Below are positions 25,896 to 38,271 of a DNA stretch of 64,000 nt, in pieces. Below the pieces are notes generated by a model. The model saw nothing but the letters and a program-made list of their open reading frames with translations. It had not been told where the DNA came from and ran no database searches. Origin of the DNA: Octopus sinensis (Eukaryota); assembly GCF_006345805.1 (NCBI RefSeq), contig NC_042997.1, positions 49,910,001 to 49,974,000 of the forward strand, read 5' to 3'. Numbering within the stretch: position 1 is the first letter of the stretch; each line of letters begins with the position of its first letter. Both the position numbers and the translations under genes were made by a program.

Positions 25896-26040
25896 TGATG
25901 GGGGATCACTCGGCTCGTCCGTCGATGAAGAGCGCGGCTATCCACGTGAACTGATGCGAATTGCAGGACTCAGTGAACATCGACGCCTCGAACGCACATT
26001 GCGGCCCTGGGATCCTATTGTCCCGGGGCCCCGTCCGGTT
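25896..26040 (+). rRNA. dispersed 5.8S rRNA-derived copy (probable pseudogene), ends slightly truncated
   Basis: GGATCACTCGGCTCGTCCGTCGATGAAGAGCGCGGC...GAATTGCAGGACTCAGTGAACATCGACGCCTCGAACGCACATTGCGGCC follows the conserved metazoan 5.8S sequence. The 3' GC hairpin GCCCTGGGA/TCCCGGGGC is intact. No 18S/28S sequence is nearby. Confidence 0.9.
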
Positions 26041-26042
26041 TC

Positions 26043-26207
26043 TATGTGCAGGAGTGGCTGTGTGGTAAGTAGCTTTCTAACCAACCACATGGTTCCGGGT
26101 TCAGTTCCACTGCGTGGCATCTTGGGCAAGTGTCTTCTGCTATAGCCTCGGGCCGACCAATGCCTTGTGAGTGGATTTGGTAGACGGAAGCTGAAAGAAG
26201 CCTGTCG

Positions 26208-26240
<33 letters not shown>

Positions 26241-26461
26241 GTATTTGTGTGTATGTTTGTGTGTCTGTGTTTGTCCCCCTAGCATTGCTGGTGTGTTTAC
26301 CTCCCTGTCACCTAGCAGTTCGGCAAAAGAGACCGATAGAATAAGTACTGGGCTTACAAAGAATAAGTCCTGGGGTCGATTTGCTCGACTAAAGGCGGTG
26401 CTCCAGCATGGCCACAGTCAAATGACTGAAACAAGTAAATTAGTAAAAGAGAGTAAAGAGT
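26043..26461 (+). mobile_element. SINE family A, full length, directly abutting the 5.8S copy
   Basis: GTGCAGGAGTGGCTGTGTGGTAAG head through the GAGTAAAGAG tail. Confidence 0.92.
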
Positions 26462-28252
26462 ATAGAATCCATACCAAAGATGAAATGTAAGGTGTAAAGT
26501 GTAGTCCTTGATTTATCAAAGAGGCTAGTAACACTAGTGAATTGGAGTGAATAGGGATGCACCACCCATCCTATGGAAAGTAGATGTAAAATAATGATTG
26601 TGAGAATGGCTTTTACATTATTTCTTCAATTTGAGCAAATTGTTGATGCAGCATTTTAATCAGTATGCTCGTCAATCGTTCTCAGAGGATGTTCCTGAGC
26701 TAGGTCAGGGATTGAACTTGGACTTGTTGGTTATTTTGCCAATTGGATCTATCTACTAGATCATGATTTTATTTTTTTCTATGGGTTCCATGCATATAAT
26801 TGGTAAAACACATCAATAGTTAGTACCTCTGGCCCAACATAACAGAATCAAGGAAAATATACAGAGACAAAATGATAAGTCTATTGTCTCCTATGGAACA
26901 ATAAATAAACCAGTCGTTTGAACAGAACATTCCAAATTTTTCGTTTTGACAATACATTTTTAAAAAATATGATGTTTTTGTGACATTAAGTTTTATTAGT
27001 GGCACCAAATGAATGAACTTAATAAACAACTAAATACCATATGACATATGACCTGTCATGCATCTAAATGTTTAATCTCTTGGAATCTGTCTCACTGCTT
27101 GTCACGTTTTCTAATATAACCCCAGGCTGACTAATGCTTTATGAGTGAATTTGTTAGATGGAAACTGTGTGGAAGCCTTATGTGTGTGACACTGATAAGG
27201 TATGTATCAGACTTAAACAACCTATTGTGGAATCAATTTGTTTGATTACACCTTTCAGAGTGGTGCCCCAGCATGGTTGCACTTCACTGAGCATTACGAG
27301 AAAACAATAACCACCCCAGCACTCAAAACAAAAACAATAATTAGGAACCCATTTGTTCAGTTATTATCATTTTGAAGACTTTTTAATGTCCAATATCAAG
27401 CTACATTTGTATATAGTCCTAATTCCGAGTGTTCAAACATGAACACACTTTTATTCATGAGGTCTGAGTGTTAACGTGTATATATAATGTGTTATATTCT
27501 CCTGTTAAAAATGTATATCTAAAACTCTTGTCCTTAAGTACTAATCAAAAACTTGATTTGCTAAAATTGTGTGTGTGCGCGCGCATGTGTGGTGTGTACT
27601 TGTTTCTCTGAATGTGTCCACTTGAAGAATTATCTTGAACTTTGGCTAGCTGATAGAACTGCATTAGTAAATTTCTCATTTAAATGTGAAAACTTGCTTC
27701 TTATGTTTATTTAGATAATGTTAATTGTTGAATTATTCAGTGTGGCTAATGAAGGCGGTTAATCAAACCACTTAATATTCGATCAGTCACATTATTCCTC
27801 TGAAGTGAAAATTTAATGAAATTAGATTGGTTCTGTATTTCTAATTTTGATATCTTTTATCAACTGGGAACTTTCAACCACTGATAGAGGTTCACTTGAA
27901 ACTCTTTAATTATCTTTCTGACCTTCCCATGTTAACTAATTTCATGAGAATGAATGCGTCTTATCAAAGAAATGGAATTTTATACTTTAATTACATCAAA
28001 TGTATGTATTTATTGCATCGCTATCAACTGAAGCTAATGTTAGTCTTAGCCTGCCTGGCAAAACCTGCCTCTCTATCAGCAATATGGATGGGAAGGTTTG
28101 AACTCAATTCAAGAATTTTATCAACTACTTATTACTATTGGCCTTTTAACTTTTAAACTGGCCATGTCCTGCCCAAATATTCTTCCTGCTTTATGTTCAA
28201 ACTGATTAGATCCAGCCTCCCATTCCAATATCATTCTAAAATAACACAATGT

Positions 28253-28804
28253 CAATCAAAATCAAATTCGATGACTGGCATCCATGCTAGCGGGGTGCAA
28301 AGAGAACCATACAAGTGTGATCGTTGACAGAGTGGCTTACCGGCTTCCGTGCCAGTGGGTCATAAAAGGCACCATTCGAATGTGATCGTCACCAGCGTCG
28401 CCTTACTGGCACTTGTGCCTGTGCTAGTAGGGTGCCGAGAGCACCATCCGAGCATGATCATTGCCAGAGCGGCTAACTGGCTTCCGTGCCGGTGGCACAT
28501 AAAAGGCACCATTCGAGTGTGATCGTTACCAGCGTTGCCTTAGTGGCATGTGTAAAAAGATTCGAGCGAGGTCATTGCCAGTACCGCCTGACTGGCCCCC
28601 ATGCCGGTGGCACGTAAAAAGCACCCACTACACTCTCGGAGTGTTTGGCATTAGGAAGGGCATCCAGCTGTAGAAACTCTACCATAGTAGATTGGAGCCT
28701 GGTGCAGCCATCTGGTTTGCTAGCCCTCAGTCAAAATCGTCCAACTCATGCTAGCATGGAAAGCGGACCTTAAACGACGATGATGATGATGATGATGATG
28801 ATGA
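28253..28804 (+). mobile_element. (GAT)n-tailed retroelement with about 6 tandem units, nested in a piggyBac-like MITE
   Basis: (AAATC)n leader, alternating units, (GAT)n tail. Confidence 0.85.
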
Positions 28805-29412
28805 TTCTAAAAATAAGCAATCACATTGTCAGAATCTCAAAGCTATGAGATAATTCATGATTAGTTCAAAGCAATGTGAATCGATAAGCCTTACTTTTGA
28901 TAGAATAATGTGAAAACTAATAGGTTGAAGTTTTTGCTACTTACAGTAGTAAACTATACTCAATCCTTTGCAGTTATTTTTATAACTCCAGCACTGAAGT
29001 TGAAGTGTATCTTGATACATGTACAGGATATAAACTCTTGACACTTTAATGGAGATCTGCTTGTGACCTTTTGTGTATGAATGTAGTGACTAAAGGCACT
29101 AAATATTCGGAAGTTGAGCCAATTTCCAAATATTTTCTCTTTGTTTTGTACGGATATTATGGAAATGCTTTATTCCATTCTGTACTCTTCAGCTTTACAG
29201 TCCATCATGAGTGCATTGTGCTGAAAGGGTTTCTTCAATTGGAGCTGAGCTGGAGTCAAACAATAACAACATCATGCTATTGATTCCAACACAATTGCTT
29301 GAGAGGTAGTCTTTGGTTCTTGAATATTTCTTATAAATAATAGTTATGTTGGTTTGTGATTTCCAAGAAATATATATTTCATCTCTGCCTTTTTTGAATG
29401 GGAAAGTTACTA

Positions 29413-29805
29413 TAGGCGCAGGAGTGGCTGTGTGGTAAGTAGCTTGCTTACCAACCACATGGTTCCGGGTTCAGTCCCACTGCATGGCATCTTGGGCAAG
29501 TGTCTTCTGCTATAGCCTCGGGCCGACCAATGCCTTGTGAGTGGATTTGGTAGATGGAAACTGAAAGAAGCCTATCGAATATATGTATATATATATATAT
29601 GCGTTTGTGTGTCTGTGTTTGTCCCCCTAGCATTGCTTGACAACCGATGCTGGTGTGCTTATGTCCCCATCACTTAGCAGTTCGGCAAAAAGAGACCGAT
29701 AGAATAAGTACTGGGCTTACAAAGAATAAGTCCTGGGGTCGAGTTGCTCGATTAAAGGTGGTGCTCCAGCATGGCCACAGTCAAACAACTGAAACAAGTA
29801 AAAGA
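29413..29805 (+). mobile_element. SINE family A, full length
   Basis: TAGGCGCAGGAGTGGCTGTGTGG head; family consensus. Confidence 0.92.
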
Positions 29806-30319
29806 AAAAAAAGAGAGATAGAATAAATTGTGACAGAAATCATAGATAGTTTCACTCCTCTAATATATGTAGCCATATTGTTGACGATAGTTGTTACCCT
29901 AATTTATAATTAAGTTTTATGCCCAGTCAACAAGAGAGCTTCTGCACGGTCTGTTGATGTGTGGAAAGAACAGCTAAATCTTTCTGAAACCCCACTTGAC
30001 TTTCTTAAAATTATGTAAGGATGCATTGAACAATATCATTGTCATCATCATCATAATTTAATGTCCATTTTTCATGCTGGCAAGGCTTGGATGCTTTGGC
30101 AGGAACTGGTAAGGCCGGGGGCCACATCAGGTTCTCTTTTGGATTGGTTCCTATGGTTAGATGCCCATCCTAGCACCAACTGCTCCACAGTGTACTGGGT
30201 GCTTTTTATGTGGCACCAGCACCAGTGCTTTTTATGTGGCACCAGCGCTCACATCAACACTTTTACATGGCACCTTGATTTTCAAAACAGTAAAAGTGTA
30301 AACAACAAGTTAAAAGGGT

Positions 30320-30692
30320 GGTTTAAACTCCAAAGCCACTAAAACACTACTTAATGACCAACAAAGGAAGGTAAGCCCCTAGTGTACATACCCGTATTGT
30401 GATTTTAAATTTTGGTGTAGTCCATCTTAATTCTCATCAGCATATGATTTCAACAGTTTTTCTTATAAGATTGACTAAGGCAGTTGGGTTTAACCCCAGG
30501 TGTTAAGAGCCGCTAATGAGAATTGAAGTGGTCTACACCAAAATTCAAAATCGTGATATGGTTATCTATGCTAGGGACTTACCTCCCTTTGTCAGTCATT
30601 AAGTACTGTGCTTTAGTAGCTCTGGAGTTAACTCTTATCTTAGCATAAGTGGTGCTAGTCAGCACCCTCTGTCACTTTTGTGACCTTTATTA
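30320..30692. mobile_element. foldback/MITE-like element with about 120-bp inverted arms
   Basis: Arms 30320-30441 and 30512-30634 are diverged reverse complements. A single-arm relative occurs at about 13815-14040. Confidence 0.7.
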
Positions 30693-31641
30693 ATATATAT
30701 ATAAGTATATAGATATATATGTGTGTGTGTGTGTATAACTGCTTCCAATAGTGGAGCTCTGGTTCAAGAATTTCAAGATTTTGAGGAATGTGGAATCACT
30801 TCTTACCCACTATTGTCCCTATGTCTACTCTGACCCAGTGTAGTAGCACCTGTCAAGTCCCCAGCTCTGGGTTAATTAGCAGGTTATGGAACTAACTCCA
30901 AGCACTGTCTTGTGAGTGCCTTGAGAAAGGAAAAGTTTAGGGGAGTTAGCTTCAACAACAAATCAAGTAGTGGAGTCCCTAAGGTAATCCAGTGTGCTCT
31001 TTGACACTCTTCCAGGAATTCCGGGGTAGGTGGAGCTCTCCAGCCCTTCAGGCAATTCAGCTAGGAGAAGGCCACTCCAATGTAAAACCTACAGCTTGCT
31101 GGTCACAGCAGCCACCTTAGCCTCCAAGTCTAAAGCATGGGATCAAACTGTGTGGACTGACACTTACTTTAAAACCACTAAGTATGGGTGGGAAGAACTG
31201 GCTTGTAGTATCAAGGGTCACTTTACATGACCACTCCAGGGCAAACTGCTCTTCCTCCTGATCTACAATCACAAACAAACTGCTGTTATCATATAACACA
31301 AGTTGACATAGAATAAATTTTGCACGTCTTTATTATTAGTTATAATTGTTTTGGTACCATTCTGTTTCTAACACCAGTGGACCTAAACTAAATATGATAC
31401 GTTTACACCTACCAACTTTATCTGTTCTTAGTAGGACACAGGTTGAAGAGGAGCTTGAGAAAACAGTTGAGAAATACTGGTCTAGGCATACGAGATCATA
31501 GTTTTTGACCTATAATCAGTAGTCTACTCCTTAGTATAATAGCTTTTGAAGTGGCTATATGTGTGGAGTCACATGGCTTAATGGCTAAGACATACTTGTG
31601 ATTGTAAGATTGTGGTTTCAATTCTTGAACTGGGCAATGCA

Positions 31642-32044
31642 TTACTCTTTACTCTTTTACTTGTTTCAGTCATTTGACTGCAGCCATGCTGGAGCACCAC
31701 CTTTAATCGAGCAACTCGACCCCAGGACTTATTCTTTTGTAAGCCCAGTACTTATTCTATCGGTCTCTTTTGCCGAACCACTAAGTGACGGGGACATAAA
31801 CACACCAGCATCGGTTGTCAAGCAATGCTAGGGGAAAAACACAGACACACACGCACATATATATATATGTACATATATACGACAGGCTTCTTTCAGTTTC
31901 CGTCTACCAAATCCACTCACAAGGCTTTGGTCGGCCCGAGGCTATAGTAGAAGACACTTGCCCAAGGTGCCAGGCAGTGGGACTGAACCCGGAACCATGT
32001 GGTTGGTAAGCAAGCTACTTACCACACAGCCACTCCTGCACCTA
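31642..32044 (-). mobile_element. SINE family A, full length
   Basis: Reverse complement of the family consensus. Confidence 0.92.
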
Positions 32045-32228
32045 TTGTTTTTTTCTTGTTTTTTTTGTGCAGTGCACTTCATTTCTTGTTGTTCCTGTCC
32101 ACTCAGCTGGCCAGAATGAATAATCTTGTAATGGACCAGCATCCTGTCCAGTAGGATAGAAAATATATATGCCACAGAATCCAGAAAATTATCCTTATGT
32201 GTCTATGGGTTGGGAAGGACCTTATATC

Positions 32229-32259
<31 letters not shown>

Positions 32260-33339
32260 CAAGTGTATCTTAGAATGTTTATATTCTGCAGTCACATGAA
32301 AAATTGCTGAGCTATGAGTTTGTTTTCTCTTGTCGTTTCTGTCTGCTTTTATGAAGGCAAGCAGAATAAAAACTGCCTTACTTGGAAAAATTGATTTAGT
32401 GGCTGGAAAGGCACTTGACATGAAAAATGCTTCAACAATATGTATTTATCTAGCTCATCTAGCTCATGTTGGCTTTGAAAAATGGATGGCAAACAAGCAA
32501 ACAAACAAATGAATGAACAAAATCTTTTCCATCCAAATAACCAAAGTAAAAAAAATACGGAAAAAGGAAGACTAGATTATATTTTAAGATGATCTGTAGA
32601 GCAGTTCCTACAGAACCAAATCAGTTTTATTGTCAGGTGTAGATTTATAGAGCACTTTGCTGAATCTTTCAATGTTATCAAGTAGCAGAACAATTGTCTG
32701 CTTATCATGGAATTTTTTTGGAGGAATACAAAATTGGTTTCTTTGGGGTATTTTTCACAAGACACCATCTTTGTTGGCTTGTTAGACAAATTCACCATAC
32801 CTGCTGCAACTCTTAGAAGGTAAAGAGCTGGGACACATACGCAAAGCAATTTTATCAATTTCTGAGTTGTACTTGGCAGACAAGTGTTGAAACTAAAGCA
32901 ATTGCAGTGTGGAAGACATCATCATCATTGTCATCATTTAATGCTTGCTCTCCATGTTGGCATGGGTTGGACAGTTTGACTACAGGAAGCTGTATAGACT
33001 CAGACTGTCTGCAGTTGCATTGTTTCTATGGCTGTAAGCCCTTCCTAATGCCAACCACTTAACAGACTGCTTAGTGCTTTTTACATGTCACTGTCACGGG
33101 TGCATTTAAACAGCACTGGCCTGGGTGTGTTAACGCAACACCAGCACCTGAGAGGACAAGCCTGTATGTGTGGAAGACAAGAATTTTACTTAGCTTGATG
33201 AGTCTTAGACACATGCTAGCAATTCAAAAGCACAAAAAGACTATTGACTTCACTTAAACATCTCAACCTAGTTGCAACGTATCCTTGTCAGCAACCAAGT
33301 CATAGTTTGTGCGGTAAAAATGTTGGGAAATAATCATCC

Positions 33340-33509
33340 ACTACACACTCGGAGTGGTTGGCATTAGGAAGGGCATCCAGCTGTAGAAACTTTGCCAGAT
33401 CAGATTGGAGTCTGGTGCAGCCATCTGGTTCACCAAACCTCAGTCAAATCGTCCAACCCATGCTAGCATGGAAAACGGACGTTAAATGATGATGATGATG
33501 ATGATGATG
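33340..33509 (+). mobile_element. (GAT)n-tailed retroelement, 3' module only
   Basis: Starts at CCACTACAC; tail (GAT)n. Confidence 0.82.
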
Positions 33510-33722
33510 AAATTCGAAGTGCTAAGCAGTGAGGTGTACAAATATAAACCAGTTCAAATATGCTTGACGCATATTCAAACCTGTACAAATATAAACTTGG
33601 CTTGGTATGTTTACACCTATTAGCCTACAGTGAGAATTTTTCTCCATGACAAAATGCAGTAATTGTTTTTCTTAGAGGCTCAGTTATGTCTCAAGCATAT
33701 TTGGACCGGTAACAAGTTTATA

Positions 33723-34024
33723 TTCTTTTACTCTTTTACTTGTTTCAGTCATTTGACTGCGGCCATGCTGGAGCACCGCCTTTTAGTCGAGCAAATCGAC
33801 CCCAGGACTTATTCTTTGTAAGCCTAGTACTTATTCTATCGGTCTCTTTTGCTGAACCATTAAGTTACAGGGACGTAAACACACCAGCATCGGTTGTCAA
33901 GCAATGTTGGGGGGGGGGCAAACACACACACGCACACATATATATATATATATACACACATATATACATACATATATATATATATACATATATATATACT
34001 TATATACGACGGGCTTCTTTCAGT
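33723..34024 (-). mobile_element. SINE family A, 5'-truncated
   Basis: Tail and microsatellite present; sequence stops at GGGCTTCTTTCAG. Confidence 0.88.
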
Positions 34025-34261
34025 TAAGTCTTTGTGTGTTTTTGAATGGCTAACGCATGTCTTTTGTGTTGTATCATTTCTACATATGCTCTACTAATTC
34101 TGCTAATTCACCGCCCTGGGCCCTGGATTGGTACTATATTTTATTGGCACTGGAAGATATGAAAGGAAAAGATAACCTTTGTAGGAATTGAACTCTGACT
34201 GTAAAGAGCTGAAATGTTCCGATAATTATGTCTGTTTGCAGTGTTTTGTTGGTATTCTTTT

Positions 34262-34634
34262 ATTCTTTTACTTGCTTCAGTCATTTGACTATGGCCATGC
34301 TGGAGTACCACCTGAAAGGGTTTTAGTTGAACAAGTCAACCCCAGGACTTATTTTTCTATCAGTCTCCTTTTGCTGAACTGCTAAGTTACGGGGGACGTA
34401 AACACACCAACACCAGTTATCAAGTGGTGATGGGAGACAAACAGACACACTCACGCATACACAATAGGCTTCTTTCAATTTCCGTCTACCAAATCCACTT
34501 ACAAGGCTTTGGGGCTTTAGTCGACCTGAGGCTATAGTAGAAGACACTTGTCCAAGGTGCCATGCAGTGGAACTGAACCTGGAACCATGTGGTTGGTAAG
34601 CAAGCTTCTTACCACAACAGCCACACCTGTGCCT
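34262..34634 (-). mobile_element. SINE family A, older copy
   Basis: Diverged but colinear with the family. Confidence 0.85.
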
Positions 34635-35794
34635 AAATATATGATAAATAAATAAATAAATAAATTCTTAAAAATGTGTTGAAAGGAATACAATTGACTT
34701 TTGCCTTCTCATTTGTGATCTTAAGAATCTTCAGATCAGTGCTTCATAGAATATGTTGACTAGAACTGTTAGCAATATAAGTTAGACAATCCTTTGTGCT
34801 TTTTTTTCCCATTCTTAATGGAAAAGTAAACATTCTTGTTACAAATGGGAATTCTTTTCCTGATGTGATAGCGATTATGATAGCAATACTTGCCTTAGAT
34901 TAACAAACTGTTAAGTTGCGTAATCTGTTTGTAAGGTCTTTGCACACTGGTTCAAAAGAAACCTGAAATGAATAGTATTGATTTCTTTTGACGAGGCAGA
35001 AAGAAGTATACTTAATTAAATTGCGTCTGCTTCTGTTAATTCACTATCTACAGAGATAAATATTATTGATCTCTTTTGTATGAACACAGGTTTGCAAAAT
35101 TTGTAGGTGTGGGATGTGATTAATTGTATTAATCACAGTCCATGACCAATGTTTATTTTGATGTGTACCGCTTAAAATGAAAAGCAAAGTAGATCCTAGT
35201 GAATCCTCTACTCATGATATAGGGAGGCAAATAATGACAGGCTTCTACTCCAGTGGGTCTCCATTAAAATGTTGAACTATACTGATGCCTTGGTCCCTTT
35301 AAAAAGAAAAAAATGAGATAAGAGGAAACATTACTTTTGGACTTCAAAATTGAATGAATTTATAAGCAGAAAATTTTGAAATCAGAACACTGGAAATTGT
35401 TTGATATTATTACATCGTCATCATCATCAGCATCTTCATCATTGTCGTTTTAATGTCTGCAGTCAGATGTCCTTTTCTTTGCCAATCATCACTTGTTTCC
35501 AAGCAAGGTGACATTACTTCGTGGTCAGACATGCTTTCACAAACAAATTACTAACAATCAACACCATGCTTGTTTACAACTATCATGCAATCTCAAAGCA
35601 AGGACACACTGACACACATACATACATATGATATACATACACACATGATTGGCTTCTTTCAGCTTCCCGCCATCAAATTCATCCACATGGCTTTTCCCAG
35701 CATGGGTCTTTAGTGTAATCAATTTCCATATGTATATTTCCTTTAGTAAAGGGATATGATGATCTGTAACAAACTTTTACATTTTCCCTTTTAG

Positions 35795-35882
35795 TTATGG
35801 TATGGGACGATCTGAAAAAAAAACATGTAATTGAACTTGAATTTTCTGCTGAAGTTCGAAGTGTCAGACTACGGAGAGATCG
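35795..35882 (+). CDS. WDR45B: WDR45B coding exon 4 (88 nt): (V)[28 protein letters not shown](R)
   Basis: ttttag acceptor, gtttgt donor; conserved WDD and LRRDR motifs; phase fits neighbouring exons. Confidence 0.95.
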
Positions 35883-36329
35883 GTTTGTATTTGTATTTGT
35901 TTTTTTTTTACATTTTTTGCATTTTTTTTACATTAAAAAGACATTTTTCTTTCCATTTTGAATAACTAAAGATGCATAGCTTCCTATGCACCTTTAGCGA
36001 TTCAGTTATCTTCTATCTTTTACTTGTTTTAGTCTAATTGGGATCCACATGGACTGCCAGGGGTCCACAAAAGCTTTAAGGGGGTCCACAATTAAAAAGT
36101 GGGTCCATATATAAATTTTGCTTACTTGGAGAGGTACCTGTATTTATTGAAATTTTCAAGATTTGCATTTGAAATTTATATTATTAATATAACGAAATTG
36201 TTTCACTCATTGTTAGATTTTACTAACCTACAAACAAATATTTTATTTCAAAAATTTACTTCTGCATATATGGGGTCCATAGATGATAAGATAGTTTTCA
36301 GGGTGTCCACAAGCAAAATAAGGTTGGGA

Positions 36330-36885
36330 ACCCCTGGTTTAGTCGAGCACTTTGCACCCAGTACTGATTTTGTTAAGTTTGATACTTATCCCATCAGTCT
36401 CTTTTGCTGTTCTTCTGTGTTACAGGGATGTAAACAAAGCAACACTTTATTGTCAAGCAGTGGTGGAGACAAACATAAAGATACACACACATGGTGGACT
36501 TCTTTGAGTTTCTGTCCACTAAATCCATTCACAAGGATTTCGTTGGCTTGGTATTACAGTAGAAGACACTTAAGGCGGCGAGCTGGCAGAAACGTTAGCA
36601 CACCGGGCAAAATGCTTAGCAGTATTTTGTCTGCTGTTACGTTCTGAGCTCAAATTCCGCCGAGGTCAACTTTGCATTTCCTCCTTTCGGGGTCGATAAA
36701 TTAAGTACCAGTTACGCACTGGGGTTGATGTAATCCCTTTGTCTGTCCTTGTTTGTCCCCTCTATGTTTAGCCCCTTGTGGGCAATAAAGAAATAAGAAG
36801 ACACTTAACCAAGGTGCCTTGCAGTGGGACTGAACCCGGAACCATGTGGTTGGGAAGCAAACTTCTTACCTCACAACTCTGCCTA
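36330..36885 (-). mobile_element. SINE family A, old copy interrupted by a family B SINE
   Basis: Family A sequence on both sides of 36574-36795. Confidence 0.8.
36574..36795 (+). mobile_element. SINE family B with 13-bp TSD, nested in SINE A
   Basis: TSD agaagacacttaa at 36561-36573 and 36796-36808. Confidence 0.92.
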
Positions 36886-37408
36886 GTAAAATGGCATTGA
36901 AAAATCAAATGATATTTCAACATCAACAGACCATCCTAAATATATCAAGTTTAATGTTAATTAAATCACTAATTTACCAGTTTTGTTTGTTCTGTTTCCA
37001 TGATTATCAGTCACCATCCTCATAATTTGAGCTGGTTGATAAAATTAGCATTCTTTAGTAACGTTCTTTCCTCTCTTAATAGCTATTTCTCTTCCAGTTT
37101 CCTCTTTCTCTTTCTTTTTATATTCTAACTGGATTGCTTTGACCTACTCTACCCCACTTATTGTATTGTGAAGCTGCTTGACTCTTCTGTACTTTGCCCT
37201 GTATCTCTTAAACCTCTCCTTACTGACTATTTGACTGTCTGCTCTCCTTGTACTTTTGTCACTTTTAATCTATTTTTACAGGGAGCATACCTTATGTATG
37301 GGTTATATTTTGTTATTGGTGTAAAACCCGGTTTAGCTCTGATTAAAGGGACTACTTCTAAAAGCATTCTAACCATGAACAACCAATTCTATATTTAGAA
37401 AGAGTGTA

Positions 37409-38271
37409 CGAAGTACATTCAGAAAGTATCCAACTTTTTTTTTTCCCACCAAAACTAATACTGTGTGGGCAAAATCCTTTGGGTGAGAGGTTGTTGTCAC
37501 CCTTCCTGTGCATACATGAACATTTTCATGCCAGCAGGCTGCATTAGTTCCTGGCTGTTATGCCAAGAGTACAGACGTTTTGTGCATGCTTGTCAGATTT
37601 TTGTTTTCATGCAAGGTGACCGAATACATCAAGCAGAGACCATAAACCCATGTCTCAACACCAGTGATGATAGTCTTCATGACCGTCTGAATCGTAATTT
37701 GCACAGTCCGGCATGACCTGGGCAATTTCCACGTGGAGTTGCTTCTGCTGCTCCACCAGCAGCTTGGGGACAGATTTCGCTGATACTCTCTGCATGCACA
37801 AATCCTCCATTAAACCTGTGCTTATTCCCACTTTGTGAGCAACTTCCGGGATTGTTGTTATATGACTGTCTTACACAGCTGTTCACCAAACCTTCTCAGT
37901 CAGCTTGTGGATGGCCAGCTGAGCATACCTTGCTATCCACTGAGGTGCAGCCTTGTTTGAAGTAGTTGTACTACTCCTTTATTAGAGTTTTGCCAAGGCA
38001 TCACAGCAGAAGGCCTGCTGAATCTTCTGGGTGGTTTGATTTTGAATATTACCAAACTTTTGGCAAAACTTGCTGTAAGATCTCCTCTGCATTTGGTGAA
38101 AATGAAAATCTGATGAGTGCTCACTACATGTCTGTACTCTAGGTATATCAGATGGGAACTGACATGGCCTACTGTGTGAAAATTTTCACGCATGTGTAGG
38201 AAGGGTGGTGTCACTTCTGACTCAAAGGATTTTGTCCATGAATAAAGTCGGATACTTTTTTAATGTACTTC
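37409..38271 (-). mobile_element. decayed, internally deleted mariner-like element (863 bp) in intron 4
   Basis: TA-CGAAGTACATTCAGAAAGTATCCAACTT ... AAGTCGGATACTTTTTAATGTACTTCA-TA (TIRs plus TA TSD). The minus strand holds broken mariner N-terminal codons (KFCQKFG..., DLCMQRVSAKSVPKLL). Confidence 0.85.

Noticed and set aside
28253-28804. Regularly spaced repeats superficially like a CRISPR array
   Set aside because: The context is eukaryotic, the whole units are homologous with no unique spacers, and there are no cas genes. It is a minisatellite inside a retroelement.
30760-31310. GC-richer block that may be a LINE 5' UTR or regulatory element
   Set aside because: No second copy, coding remnant or boundary signal in the window to support a call.
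36099-36647. 182-aa ORF
   Set aside because: It runs across a MITE-like piece, SINE A and SINE B with no recognisable domain; a chance open frame.
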